Shown: piece after piece, positions 1-12,989 of the stretch
Position numbering within the stretch: the stretch's first letter is position 1
Layout: the number at the start of each line of letters is the position of its first letter
Origin: an uncultured Gemmatimonadales bacterium
Lineage (GTDB): Bacteria; Gemmatimonadota; Gemmatimonadetes; Gemmatimonadales; GWC2-71-9
Assembly (NCBI GenBank): GCA_963817715.1
Contig: CAWFPG010000009.1
Location: forward strand, 203,133 to 267,132
Direction of reading: 5' to 3'
DNA length: 64,000 bases
Position numbers and translations under genes: made by a program
Notes under the pieces: model-generated
Seen by the model: the letters and a program-made list of their open reading frames with translations, nothing else
Told to the model about the DNA's origin: nothing
The model's database searches: none

Positions 1-631
1 GGTTCGGCAGGAACGCGCCGCTGCCGATCTTCACGTCGAGGACCAGGCCATCGAGCCCCTCGGCCAGCTTCTTCGACATGATGCTCGCGGTGATCAGGGG
101 GACCGACTCGACGGTGCCCGTCACGTCGCGGAGCGCGTACAGCTTCCGGTCGGCCGGGACGATCTCGGCCGTCTGCCCGAACATCACCGCGCCGATCGTG
201 TCGAGCTGATGCTCGGCGTCGGCAAGGGTGCGCATCGGCGAGAAGCCGGGGATCGCCTCGAGCTTGTCGAGAGTGCCACCGGTGTGCCCGAGGCCGCGGC
301 CCGACATCATCGGCACGGCGACCCCGGCAGCGGCGAGCAGCGGGGCGAGCAACAGCGACGTCTTGTCGCCCACCCCGCCGGTCGAGTGCTTGTCGACCCG
401 AGGCGAGCCGCCCGGTCGCCTGGTCAGGCGAGCCCCCGAGGCGAGCATCGCCTCGGTGAGGGCGGTGAGTTCCTCGCCGCTGAGGCCGCGGAACATCACC
501 GCCATCAGCAATGCCGCCATCTGGTAGTCGGGCAGCGTGCCGGCCGTGTAGTCGGCCACGAGGGCGCGCCACTCGTCGCCGCGGAGTGCTTCCCCGGCTC
601 GCTTGCGTTCGATCAGGCGCGGAACGACCAT
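1..631 (-). CDS. pdp: Thymidine/pyrimidine-nucleoside phosphorylase (5' part; runs off the window start)
   Basis: Manual minus-strand translation from ATG at 631: MVVPRLIERKR...DKHSTGGVGDKTSLLLAP...MMSGRGLGHTGGTLDKLEAIPG, the family signature motifs. Absent from the ORF track because there is no stop in the window. Confidence 0.9.
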   Translation of the reverse strand, partial: MVVPRLIERKRAGEALRGDEWRALVADYTAGTLPDYQMAALLMAVMFRGLSGEELTALTEAMLASGARLTRRPGGSPRVDKHSTGGVGDKTSLLLAPLLAAAGVAVPMMSGRGLGHTGGTLDKLEAIPGFSPMRTLADAEHQLDTIGAVMFGQTAEIVPADRKLYALRDVTGTVESVPLITASIMSKKLAEGLDGLVLDVKIGSGAFLPN

Positions 632-672
632 TCGTCCTCGGAAGTGTTGAGCTCGACCAGAAGGGGACCGTG

Positions 673-4048
<3,376 letters not shown>

Positions 4049-4049
4049 C

Positions 4050-4560
4050 TCAGCTGCCGACCCAGCCCTCGCAAGTCGGGCCGGGTCACCAGTTCGCCGC
4101 CCTCCACCACCTCCCGGTCCCACGGCAGCACGATCGCCTTCTCGGTCTCGAAGGCGTGAAAATCCGGCTGCCAGCGCCCGGTCTTGAACGAGACCGCCGT
4201 GCGCATGTCGGCGGGCCGGGTCGCCTGCACCTCGTGGAGGGCCAGCTTGAGGGTGTCGCCGGTGTCGCAGGTCTCATCGACCAGGAGCACCCGCTTCCCC
4301 TTGAGCGAGGCCGGCGGGCCGGCCACCAGCTCGGGATCGGCATCGTCCGACGAGCGGGTGATCGCGATGGCGACGAACTCACGTTGCAGGATGGTGGCGA
4401 TGATGGCGGCCGGGATCACGCCGGCCTTGGCGATCCCGACGATCACCTCGGGATCGAAGCCGCGGGCCACGTGGACGGCCAGGGCCCGGCAGAGCTCGCC
4501 GAAGAAGGCCCAGTCCACCTCGAGGACGTCGCGGGTTGGGGTCGGACGCGGCCTGGGCAC
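4050..4560 (-). CDS. Type I phosphoribosyltransferase
   Basis: GTG start at 4560 after GGAGG. VGIAKAG, RVLLVDETCDTGDT PRPP loop, IVLPWD. Stop inferred at 4050-4052 after an apparent indel. Confidence 0.8.
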
Positions 4561-4649
4561 GAGACCTCCGGATGGGCGGGTGGCGGGACGATCCTCTTGG
4601 GGCAACCTACACCCGGCCCCCGGGGGCGCCAGCGGCCCGATCGAACGCG

Positions 4650-4678
4650 TTGCCCGCGACTCAAGCGACACCTAACTT
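4650..4678 (+). promoter_or_regulatory. Candidate sigma70 promoter TTGCCC-N17-TAACTT
   Basis: Hexamers at 4650-4655 and 4673-4678, in the divergent gap upstream of the TPR gene. Confidence 0.4.
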
Positions 4679-4714
4679 GCTATGAATGGCCCATTTCGCG
4701 ACCGGTCCCTCGGC

Positions 4715-5161
4715 ATGAGCTGGTGGAAGCGGATCCTCACCGGCGACGACGACGCGCTCTCGCCCAAGCGACTCGACTACCTCAACGAGGGGTTGGCGCT
4801 GGAGCGGCAGGGCGATTTCGATGGCGCCGTGACCTCCTACCAACTCGCGCTCCGCGACCAGCCGCACAGCGTCAGGATCCTGCAGTACATCGCCATCGCC
4901 CTCTCCAAGACCGGCCGAATCGAGGAGGCGATCCGACACTACCGCCGGGCCCTCGAGCTGGAGCCGGATGCCGCCGGGGCCCACTACGGGCTCGCCTTCC
5001 TGTTGCTCCGCCGCGGCGACCGCGACCGAGCCGCCGAGCATCTGCGGACCTTCCTCGCCAAGCCCCCGCGCGACAGCGAGATGGAACGCTGGGTGGGGCA
5101 TGCCCGCGAGGTGCTGTCCCAGCTGGAGTCGGCCGCCGTCAACGAAGGCGGTGCCTCGTGA
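4715..5161 (+). CDS. TPR protein
   Basis: MSWWKRILTG... followed by three TPR-like repeats (e.g. AIRHYRRALELEPDAAGAHYGLA). Confidence 0.85.
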   Translation: MSWWKRILTGDDDALSPKRLDYLNEGLALERQGDFDGAVTSYQLALRDQPHSVRILQYIAIALSKTGRIEEAIRHYRRALELEPDAAGAHYGLAFLLLRRGDRDRAAEHLRTFLAKPPRDSEMERWVGHAREVLSQLESAAVNEGGAS

Positions 5162-5508
5162 GGTCGATCGGTCGGTCCATGCTGCTGGCGGGCCTGCTGG
5201 CAGGGTGCGGTCAGTTGCCGGTGACCGGCGACGGCGTGGTGGCCCTCGAGGTGACCCAGCCCGCGTCGCTCACCCTCGCCGCCGGCGCCACGGTCCAGCT
5301 CGAGGCCCGGGCGCTCGACCAGAACGGCGACGAGGTGGCCACCAGCATCCTCTGGGGCACCCCCGACACCACGATCACGGTCGATTCGGCGACCGGCCTG
5401 GTCACCGGGGTCACCGAGTCGGGGACCGGTCGGGTGCAGGCCGCCGTCGGGACGCTCCACTCCAACCTGATCACCTTCACGCTCACGGCACCAGCCGCGG
5501 GACCATGA
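5158..5508 (+). CDS. Lipoprotein with Ig-like (Big_2-type) domain
   Basis: GTGA overlap with the previous gene; lipobox LAGC; TVQLEARALDQNG...W.TPDTTITVDSATGLVTG. Confidence 0.7.
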   Translation: MRSIGRSMLLAGLLAGCGQLPVTGDGVVALEVTQPASLTLAAGATVQLEARALDQNGDEVATSILWGTPDTTITVDSATGLVTGVTESGTGRVQAAVGTLHSNLITFTLTAPAAGP

Positions 5509-7354
5509 CCCCGCCCGCCACGCTCAACGAGCTCTTTTTCGGCGCCATCGCGCGTCATCGCACCGAGTCGGCGGCGTTGATGAGCAAGCAGGGCGGCGAC
5601 TGGATCCCGATGCGGCACGACGAGCTCCTCGCCCGGGTCCGGGCGGTCCATGCCGCGCTCCGCACCGCCGGCATCGCCCCGGGCGACCGGGTGGCGATCC
5701 TCTCGGAGAACCGCCCCGAGTGGGCGATCACCGACTTCGCCTGCCTCACCGCCCGCGCCACCGACGTCCCGGTCTACCCCACCCTGCCCCCGCACCAGAT
5801 CGCCTACATCCTCCGCGATGCCGGATGCCGGATGGCGTTCTGCTCGACCCGGGAACAGCTCGACAAGCTGCTCGAGATCCGCGACGACGCTGCCGGCACT
5901 GGAACGGATCGTCACCTTCGACGAGGGGACTGAGCGAGCCGGGCGTGGCGTCGTTCAGCGTCCTTCGAGGCGGAGGGGCAGGCCGTGGAGGCCAGCTGGC
6001 CCGACTGGGAGAGCCGAAGCCTGCCAGGTGGGGCCCGACGACCTCGCCACCCTGATCTACACCTCGGGCACCACCGGTGACCCCAAGGGCGTGATGCTCA
6101 GCCACGGCAACATCACCAGCAACGTGGTCGGGCGCGCTCGAGGTGCTGAAGAACCGCACCGGCGATCGCTGCCTCTCCTTCCTGCCGCTGTCGCACATCT
6201 TCGAGCGGATGGTGGGTCACTACACGATGCTGCAGGCCGGCACCACGATCTGCTACGCCTCGAGCATGGACGCCGTGGCAGCCGAGATGCGCGAGATCCA
6301 GCCCACGGTGATGGCCAGCGTGCCACGCCTCTACGAGAAGATCTATGCCCGGACGGTCGAGGCGGCCATGAGCGGCGGCAGCTTCACGCGGTCGATCTTC
6401 GAGTGGGCCCGCGCCACTCGACGAGAAGATCCTCGACTACGAGCTCGAAGGAACGGACCCCACCGCCGGCGCTGCGCCTGGGCGGCGCGATCGCGGACCG
6501 GCTGGTCTTCACCAAGCTGCGGGCCCGGACCGGCGGGCAAGCTGCGCTTCTTCGTCTCGGGGGGTGCCCCGCTCAACCCCGACATCTGTCGCTTCTTCCT
6601 CGCCGCGGGGCTCAAGATCCTCGAGGGCTACGGCCTCACCGAGACCTCACCGGTGATCACCGTGAATCCCGAGGACCGGATCAAGCCCGGTACCGTCGGC
6701 CTGCCGATCCCGGGGGTGGAGGTCCGAATCGCCGACGATGGCGAGATCCTCTGCCGCGGCCCCAACGTGATGCTGGGCTACTACCACAAGCCGGAGGCGA
6801 CCGCCGAGGCGATCGACGCCGACGGCTGGTTCCACACCGGTGACATCGGCGAGATCGACGCCGACGGCTACCTGCGGATCACCGATCGCAAGAAGGACCT
6901 GATCGTCACGGCGGGCGGCAAGAACATCGCCCCGCAGCCGATCGAGGCGCTGCTGAAGACCAACGAGTTCGTGAGCAACGCGGTGATGATCGGCGACAAG
7001 CGGCGCTTCCCCAGCATGCTGCTGGTGCCCAACTTCGACCGGCTGCGGGCCTGGGCCACCCACAAGGGCATCCCGGAGATGCCCACCGAGGCGCTGGTGG
7101 CCCGCGACGATGTGCGCGAGAAGATCGAGCGCGAGGCGCGCAAGTCGCTGCGCGACCTGGCCCACTACGAGGCGCCCAAGAAGTTCCTCATCCTGCCCCG
7201 CGACTTCACCATCGATGGCGGCGAGCTCACGCCCAAGCTGTCGGTGCGCCGCAAGGTGGTGAACGAGAAGTACCACGACCAGATCGAGGCGATGTACGCC
7301 GAACACGGAGAACGGAACGAGGACAGGCGGACGGAGGAAGCGGCGAGCGCCTAG
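5505..7354 (+). CDS. Long-chain fatty acid-CoA ligase (frameshifted)
   Basis: [63 protein letters not shown], distributed over three frames. Confidence 0.9.
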
Positions 7355-7385
7355 TCGCTCTCCGTCGTCCCCCTGCCCTCCGTCA
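7305..7385. repeat. Degenerate heptamer inverted array (ACGGAGR / TCCGTCN) spanning the stop codons of convergent genes
   Basis: acggaga acggaac..acggagg before the ligase stop; tccgtcg..tccgtca after it. Confidence 0.4.
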
Positions 7386-7959
7386 TCCCTTCTTCACCAC
7401 CCACACCCCGCCGGCCTCGGCGATCACCTCGTCACCGACTCCCAGCGCCGGCACCGCCCCTTCTCCGACGATTCTGAGTCCCGGCAGCGCGCTGGGCAGC
7501 GCGGTGGCCGGATCGACCGCGTCCTCGCCAAGCACCACCCCGCGCATCGCGTGGCGCTTGATCGGCCAGCGGCCTGAACGGATCACGCTGACCACATCGT
7601 CCGGCACGACCCCCTCGGGGGGATTCACCGCGACCAGCGACACATCGGGCAAGAGCGCCGCCAGGGTCACCGGCGAGGGCCCCCGCTCGCCCCCCCAGCG
7701 CCAGCCAGCCACCCGGCCCCTCGATGCCCAGCATTGCCAGCGCCGACCCGGCATCGAACGGTGGGGCGGTCGTTGCGGCTGCGGGAGGAACACCGAACAC
7801 CGGCACGCCGTCGCTCCAGTCGGTGCTCCAGCCACAGACCGGGCAACCGAGATGACCGGCGACCACGCGACGGCCGTCCATCCGGTCCGGGATCAGGACG
7901 AGGAAGGCCTCGTCGTGATCCTCGGGGCAGCGCAGGTGGTCGGTGAGTTCGATATGCAT
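7383..7959 (-). CDS. Hypothetical protein with Trm112-like Zn-knuckle N-terminus (frameshifted)
   Basis: MHIELTDHLRCP...HLGCPVCG; the C-terminal part is read in another frame (…VIAEAGGVWVVKKG). Confidence 0.65.
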
Positions 7960-7964
7960 GGCGC

Positions 7965-9562
7965 CTAGGGCCGGAACTCGACCCAGGTCATCATCCCGGG
8001 CGCGACGGTCACGGTGCGCTCCACCCACCGGCCGTCGATCTTCGCGCGCAGGGTGTGTTGCCCCGCCGGCACGTCGCTGATCGCGAAGTGCTCACCGTAC
8101 ATCGGGCTCGGGTGGTTGCGCGGGCCGTACGTCTCAGCAAAGGCGAACGGCGTCTCGCGTGGCTCCGGCTTGCGGATCCCGTAGATCCGCGCCTGCGGCA
8201 CCGGCGTTGCCCTCGGCGTCGAACACCTGCCCGGCAATGATCCCCGTCTCCGGCAACGGCTCGATCCAGAGCTCGGGATTGGTGGTGTAGGGCGGATAGC
8301 GCTCGTCGGGGTTCACGATGTACCCCACCGAATCGGTTGGCGCGGCGTGCACCTCGAGGTGCAGGTGATCGTTGGTGGCGCGGCCGGTGTTGCCGACCCG
8401 CGAGATCACCTGGCCGCGACGCGACCCGGTCGCCCACGTGCACCAGCAGCGCCGAGTTGTGGTAGTAGACCGAGAAGACGAAGCGCGATGAGCCGTCGGG
8501 GAGGCGGAGCAGCGAGTCGTGCCGGATGGCGACCGTGAGCGCTCCCGCCTCGGCCGGGCCGCTCCAGGCCACGGTGCCGTCGCCGATCGCGTGCACCGGC
8601 GTGCCGTCGGCGTTGTTGAACTCCACGCCCTGATGCGGCTGGAAGTTGCCGCCCATCGTCGAGCCGTAGCGGTAGGTCTGGTCGATGTACTGATTGCCGT
8701 CGCCACCGATCGGACGGCCAAAGGGAGGATCCCAGGCGGGACCGTGGGGGTCGTACTTCTCGATCAGCTGCTGGTGTTCCGCGTCCATGATCTCACGCCA
8801 GTTCGGCACCGGGTCGACCGGAGCGTGATTGAGGCGCATCGAGCCCGGATGCCGGGCAACCAGGTCGGAGAGCGTCAGTTCCTGCCATTGGAACGACGGA
8901 GAGGGCCAGGGTGGTCGGCATACCACAATCCTGCCCGCAAGCCACTCTGGTACCGGACGGCCTGCGTCTCGAATCGTCACTGCGATGTCGTTCTCGCCAA
9001 GGCAGGTTATGTACTCGTTGGCCAGCGCCGCGATCGCGGTGTCAGCTGGACCCTTGGCCGGTGGACCGGTCGTATCGACGACGGCCAACCAGTGACGGCC
9101 ATCATCGGTAGTGATCTGCAACCCGTCCGCAGTGGCGATCACCGTGGTGTCGCCGACCGTGAGGATCCCGCCCGGCGCCACGTACTGCCACTCGGGGCCG
9201 AGCTGGTCGTAGGTCCAGTTCTTCCAGGTCCGGCCGTCGTCGGTCGAGAGCCCCCAGCCGTTGCCGATGGTGCCGTACCAGACCTCGCCGCGCGGCCCGA
9301 AGGCGATCGCGTGCACGAAGTCCCAGGAGAGCGAGTTCGCCGAGGTGTCGTGCTGGATCCGGCGCCATGTGCCCTGCCCGGCCGGGTGGACCAGGATGCC
9401 GTGGCCGTAGGTGCCGACCCAGACGGAGCTGTCGGGCGCGATGGACCGGGTGAGCTGGATCACCGGCCAGCCGTCGAGCTCGGCGGGGAGCTGCTGCGCG
9501 GCAAGGGGGGCGGTGAGCGCCAACCCGGCCACGAGGAGGAGGAGGGGTCGGCCGCGCCGCAC
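7965..9562 (-). CDS. Secreted M23 metallopeptidase with N-terminal beta-propeller/BNR repeats (frameshifts near 8420 and 8205)
   Basis: Signal peptide; STDDGRTW and TTDDGRHW Asp-box repeats; HQGVEF...GTPVHAIGDG; YYHNS; VGNTGRATNDHLHLEV. GTG start at 9562 preferred, ATG at 9598 possible. Confidence 0.85.
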
Positions 9563-9564
9563 TC

Positions 9565-9586
9565 GTCCTGAGCGCAGCCGAAGGAA
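9565..9586. repeat. Possible single arm of a REP-like element (GTCCTGAGCGCAGCCGAAGGA)
   Basis: Resembles from memory the CCTGAGC..CGAAGG type of extragenic palindrome; only one copy seen here. Confidence 0.3.
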
Positions 9587-9608
9587 GCGACGCTGCATCG
9601 GGTCGAAC

Positions 9609-9648
<40 letters not shown>

Positions 9649-9649
<1 letters not shown>

Positions 9650-10353
9650 CACCCCGGCCCCAGCCGGACGCTTTCCACGTGGCTCCGTGCCGGCCGGGTC
9701 GCCGCCCAGACGATCGCGTCGGCCACGTCGTCGGGGCGGAGCATCGCTTCGCGACCGGGGAACCCATCACGGGCGTCGGGATCGAACGGATCCCACACCG
9801 TGGTGTCGGTCGGGCCGGGCGAGACCAGGCAGCACTGCACCCCGCTGCCGCGGTACTCCTCGAGCAGGACCTCGTGCATCCCCCGGGCGCCGAATTTCGA
9901 CGCCGAGTAGGCGGCATTCTCCGGGAAGGCACGACTGTCGGCCACCGAGCCGACCAGGATGTGCCGTCCCGACCCGCGCTTGCGCATCCGGGGCAGGAAG
10001 AACCTGGCAATGGCGAACGGCGCCTCGAGATTGATCGCCAGCTGCTCGCGGAGCAGCGCGTCGCTGGTGTCCTCGAGCGGTGCCAGCAGGAAGGTGCCAG
10101 CATTGTTGATCACCACGTGCGGCACGCCATGCTCGCCGAGCACCTGCTCCAGGAACGCCTCGCGATCGCGGGGATCGGCCAGGTCGGCACGGTAGTCGAT
10201 CGCCCGGTCGATCGGCGGCATCGCCGAGCGAGCGACGCGCAGGACCGTGGCGCCCAGGGCGGCGAGGCGCATCGCGGTCGCCGCGCCGATACCCCGCGAC
10301 GCCCCGGTCACGAGCACCAGGCGGTCGCGCAGCGCCCCGGCCGCCTCACTCAC
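9649..10353 (-). CDS. Short-chain dehydrogenase/reductase, candidate sepiapterin reductase
   Basis: TGASRGIG, NNAG, YSASK motifs; overlaps the upstream PTPS gene. Confidence 0.85.
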
Positions 10354-10759
10354 CGACGTACTCCACGTAGTTGCGCGGCGTCTCCCAGAGCCGGACCCTG
10401 GCGAGCCGGCCGGCGGGAATCCGATCCACCAGCTGTTCCCAGATGAAGATCGCGATGTTCTCCGCCGACGGCAGTCGGTCGGCGAACCATGACACGTCGA
10501 GATTCAGGTTGCGGTGGTCGAGTACCGCGTGGACGTGCGCGTCGAAGAGCGACTTCAGGATCGCCACATCGAGCACGTAGCCTGTCTCCGCGTCGATCTC
10601 GCCCTCGACGTGCAACTCGGCCTCGTAGTTGTGGCCGTGGTAGTTGGGGTGGTTGCACGGCCCGAAGGTGCGGCGGTTCCACTCGTCGTCGCGGGCGGGG
10701 TTGTGCAGGCGATGGGCCGCGTTGAAGTGCACGCGGCGGACGACGATGGCGCGCGGCAT
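10346..10759 (-). CDS. 6-pyruvoyl-tetrahydropterin synthase family protein (QueD/PTPS; PTPS-II-type motif)
   Basis: FNAAHRLH, CNHPNYHGHNY, LDHRNLN, PSAENIA, LWETPRN. Confidence 0.9.
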   Translation of the reverse strand: MPRAIVVRRVHFNAAHRLHNPARDDEWNRRTFGPCNHPNYHGHNYEAELHVEGEIDAETGYVLDVAILKSLFDAHVHAVLDHRNLNLDVSWFADRLPSAENIAIFIWEQLVDRIPAGRLARVRLWETPRNYVEYVGE

Positions 10760-10820
10760 CAGGGTACCTCCGGGAACGGATGCGCGAACGGCGTCGCTTG
10801 CACTCTGGCGAGCGGCGCCG

Positions 10821-10995
10821 CATGACCGTGTCGATGGCGAGGAGGTGTTCTTGAAGCCCGGGGAGAAATGCTCGGCGCCCTCACCCCATCGTTCGTCGTC
10901 CCCACGGTGGGGGCATGACGTTCGGATGAAGCATGCGGGCCCATCCTCGGACATGTTGGCTCAAGTACGTATGGCTCCTCGCCACCGCACGGTCT
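10821..10995 (-). ncRNA. ssrS: 6S RNA-like rod-shaped ncRNA (about 175 nt)
   Basis: Closing stem GACCGUG-CGGUGGCGAGGAG / CUCCUCGCCAUCG-A-CACGGUC, then CUUGA-GCC / GGC-U-UCAAG, a central bubble and a terminal stem. Starts just after a strong promoter; no credible ORF. Confidence 0.65.
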
Positions 10996-11000
10996 GGGGA

Positions 11001-11029
11001 ATAATACCGGCCTGAACGGGGGCAGTCAA
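11001..11029 (-). promoter_or_regulatory. Sigma70 promoter TTGACT-N17-TATTAT
   Basis: Plus-strand agtcaa at 11024-11029 and ataata at 11001-11006; each is 5/6 consensus, with 17-bp spacing. Confidence 0.75.
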
Positions 11030-11037
11030 ACGGGAAC

Positions 11038-11141
11038 GTGAATGGTGGCGGGTGCATGGGGCACCCGGACCGACGGCTCGCACCCCCGACCCCATTCCCG
11101 ACTTACCAATTACCATTCACCATTCACCATTCACCACTCAC
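11038..11141. repeat. Heptamer inverted array (GTGAATG / CATTCAC)
   Basis: Left arm gtgaatg gtggcgg gtgcatg; right arm cattccc gacttac caattac cattcac cattcac cattcac cactcac. Confidence 0.85.
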
Positions 11142-11158
11142 GAACGGTCGAGGTCCGC

Positions 11159-11311
11159 GTGCGCGAACTTGTCGTCGGCTTGCTGCTGCTGGTCGCCTGG
11201 GGCGTGCTGCAGTTCGGGGTCCAGCCGTCGACCGGCTGGTTCCACCTGCTGCTGATTGCCGGGGTCGTCCTGGTGATCCGCGGCATCGTGGTGCGCGACA
11301 GCGGCCGCTAG
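11159..11311 (+). CDS. Small two-helix membrane protein (lmo0937/DUF5670-like)
   Basis: GAGG then GTG; 50 aa: LLLLVAWGVLQFG..GWFHLLLIAGVVLVIRGIV. Confidence 0.65.
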   Translation: MRELVVGLLLLVAWGVLQFGVQPSTGWFHLLLIAGVVLVIRGIVVRDSGR

Positions 11312-12489
11312 CGCACCGTCGCGGTGGCCCAGGGCGCGGCCACCCGGCGGCAGGCGTCGCGGAGCACATCGGGCGGTGCCACCATCGAGATGCGGATGTA
11401 GGGCGCCCCGCCCGGTCCGAAGCCGCTTCCCGGCGTGAGCACGATTCGCTCCTCCGCCATCAGCAACTCGGTCACACCCCAGTCGGTCATCCCCCGGGGA
11501 ACCGGAATCCAGAGATACATGCCGGCCGCGGGCGGGGTCACCGTCACGCCGGCATCAGCGAAACCGGCCACCGCGGCGGCGAAACGGGCGCGATACCCCT
11601 CCCGAAGCACCCGCGACAGCTCTTCGCTGTGACCGAAGGCGTAGGTGCCGGCGCGCTGGACCACCGTCGGCACGCCATAGCCCACCAGCGTGCGATAATC
11701 GTTGAGCGCCGCGATCACGTCGCGTCGTCCGCAGACCACACCGAGACGCAGTCCCGCCATCGAGAAGTTCTTCGAACCCGAATGGATCTCGACCGCCACT
11801 TCCCTGGCGCCCTCGACCTCGAAGACACTCGGCGCCGCCGGTCCCTCGAGCACCAGCTCGCTGTAGGCGATGTCACTGATCAGGATGATGTCGTGCCGGC
11901 GACAGAAGGCGACCGCCTCGGCCCAGCGCTCGCGCGTGGTGACCGCTCCGGTCGGGTTGTTGGGAAAGTTGAGCAGCAGGAACTTGGCGCGACGGGCATG
12001 ATCGACGCTCACCGCATCGAGATCGGGCCAGTAGCCGTCGGCCTCGCGAACCGGCAGTCGCACCAGGTCAGCGCCGCTCGCCGCCACCGCGCGTTCGTAG
12101 ACCGGATAGGCCACGTCGGCGATCAGCATCGCGTCGCCCGGTGCGCAGTAGGCCGAGACCAGGTGCGCCAGGCCCTCCTTGGCCCCGGCGGTCGGGGTCA
12201 CCTCGGCCGGCACCTCGAGCGTGACGCCGAAGCGTCGCTGCATGTAGGCCGCGAATGTCTCGTGGAAAGCCGGCTCACCGAACATCATCGGGTAGCCGTG
12301 CGCCGTGGTGTCGCGGGCCGCCTCGGCGATCGACTCGATCAGTGCCGGCGGCATCGGCTGGTCGGGCGAGCCGAGCGAGAGGTCGAGCACCCGATGCCCC
12401 TGCGCCTCGATCACCCGCTTCTTGCGGATCAGCGTGGTGAAGACGTACGGCTGGATCGACTGCAGGATCTTGGTCGGACTGGGCACCAC
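11308..12489 (-). CDS. PLP-dependent class I/II aminotransferase (LL-DAP aminotransferase-like; candidate aromatic aminotransferase)
   Basis: DLSLGSPD, GAKEGLAH, LNFPNNPTG, SDIAYSE, HSGSKNFSMAGLRLG, PGSGFG...YIRIS. Confidence 0.9.
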   Translation of the reverse strand: MVPSPTKILQSIQPYVFTTLIRKKRVIEAQGHRVLDLSLGSPDQPMPPALIESIAEAARDTTAHGYPMMFGEPAFHETFAAYMQRRFGVTLEVPAEVTPTAGAKEGLAHLVSAYCAPGDAMLIADVAYPVYERAVAASGADLVRLPVREADGYWPDLDAVSVDHARRAKFLLLNFPNNPTGAVTTRERWAEAVAFCRRHDIILISDIAYSELVLEGPAAPSVFEVEGAREVAVEIHSGSKNFSMAGLRLGVVCGRRDVIAALNDYRTLVGYGVPTVVQRAGTYAFGHSEELSRVLREGYRARFAAAVAGFADAGVTVTPPAAGMYLWIPVPRGMTDWGVTELLMAEERIVLTPGSGFGPGGAPYIRISMVAPPDVLRDACRRVAAPWATATVR

Positions 12490-12529
12490 GAACTCCGATG
12501 TCGGGACACCGCAATATGCCCCGGGAGCC

Positions 12530-12587
12530 CGGAGGACGGAACGACGGAGGGCGGAGGACGGAGCCGGTGCCCCTCCCTCCGTCCTCA
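12530..12587. repeat. Heptamer inverted array (CGGAGGA / TCCGTCC) after the aroH stop
   Basis: cggagga cggaacga cggaggg cggagga cggagcc ... ccctccc tccgtcc tca. Confidence 0.7.
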
Positions 12588-12989
12588 GGATTCCGTCAGG
12601 TCCGGCCGCAGCACCGATGCCTCGCGCAGGTAGACGTGCCGCGGTGGGCTGCCGTTCCAGTGTCGTTCGACGTGGAGCATCACCCGGAGGCAGCGCGGCA
12701 AGCCGTCGGGGACCGGAATCTCGGTGGTGCAGAGCAGCGGCACTCGGTGCCAGCCCGCGGCGCGTGCCGCTTCGGCAGGAAAGGCACTCACGAGATCGGG
12801 GGTGACGGTGAAGATCGCCGAGATCACGTCCGACGGGTCGAGGTCATTGGCGCGTCGCAGCTCGGCGAGGAGTTCGTCGACCGCCATGGCAATCCCGCCG
12901 GGGGAGTCGTCGGCCACGGCAGTCGCGCCACGGATGGCGCGCACCGAGGGAAGCCGCAGCGCCCGTGCCAGCCATCGCGCCAGCCTCAT
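12585..12989 (-). CDS. aroH: Chorismate mutase, AroH class
   Basis: VRAIRGAT, SAIFTVTPDL..AFPAEAAR, VPLLCTTEIPV.DGLPRCLRVM, HVYLREA..LRPDL; ATGA overlap with pheA. Confidence 0.92.
   Translation of the reverse strand: MRLARWLARALRLPSVRAIRGATAVADDSPGGIAMAVDELLAELRRANDLDPSDVISAIFTVTPDLVSAFPAEAARAAGWHRVPLLCTTEIPVPDGLPRCLRVMLHVERHWNGSPPRHVYLREASVLRPDLTES

Noticed and set aside
8690-9120. Diversity-generating retroelement variable region
   Set aside because: No reverse transcriptase or template repeat in the window, and the region is mid-gene; retained only as an atypical patch.
10821-10995. preQ1 or THF riboswitch upstream of the queD-like gene
   Set aside because: Too long and rod-like, with no preQ1 stem-loop/A-rich tail recognised; a 6S-like fold fits better.
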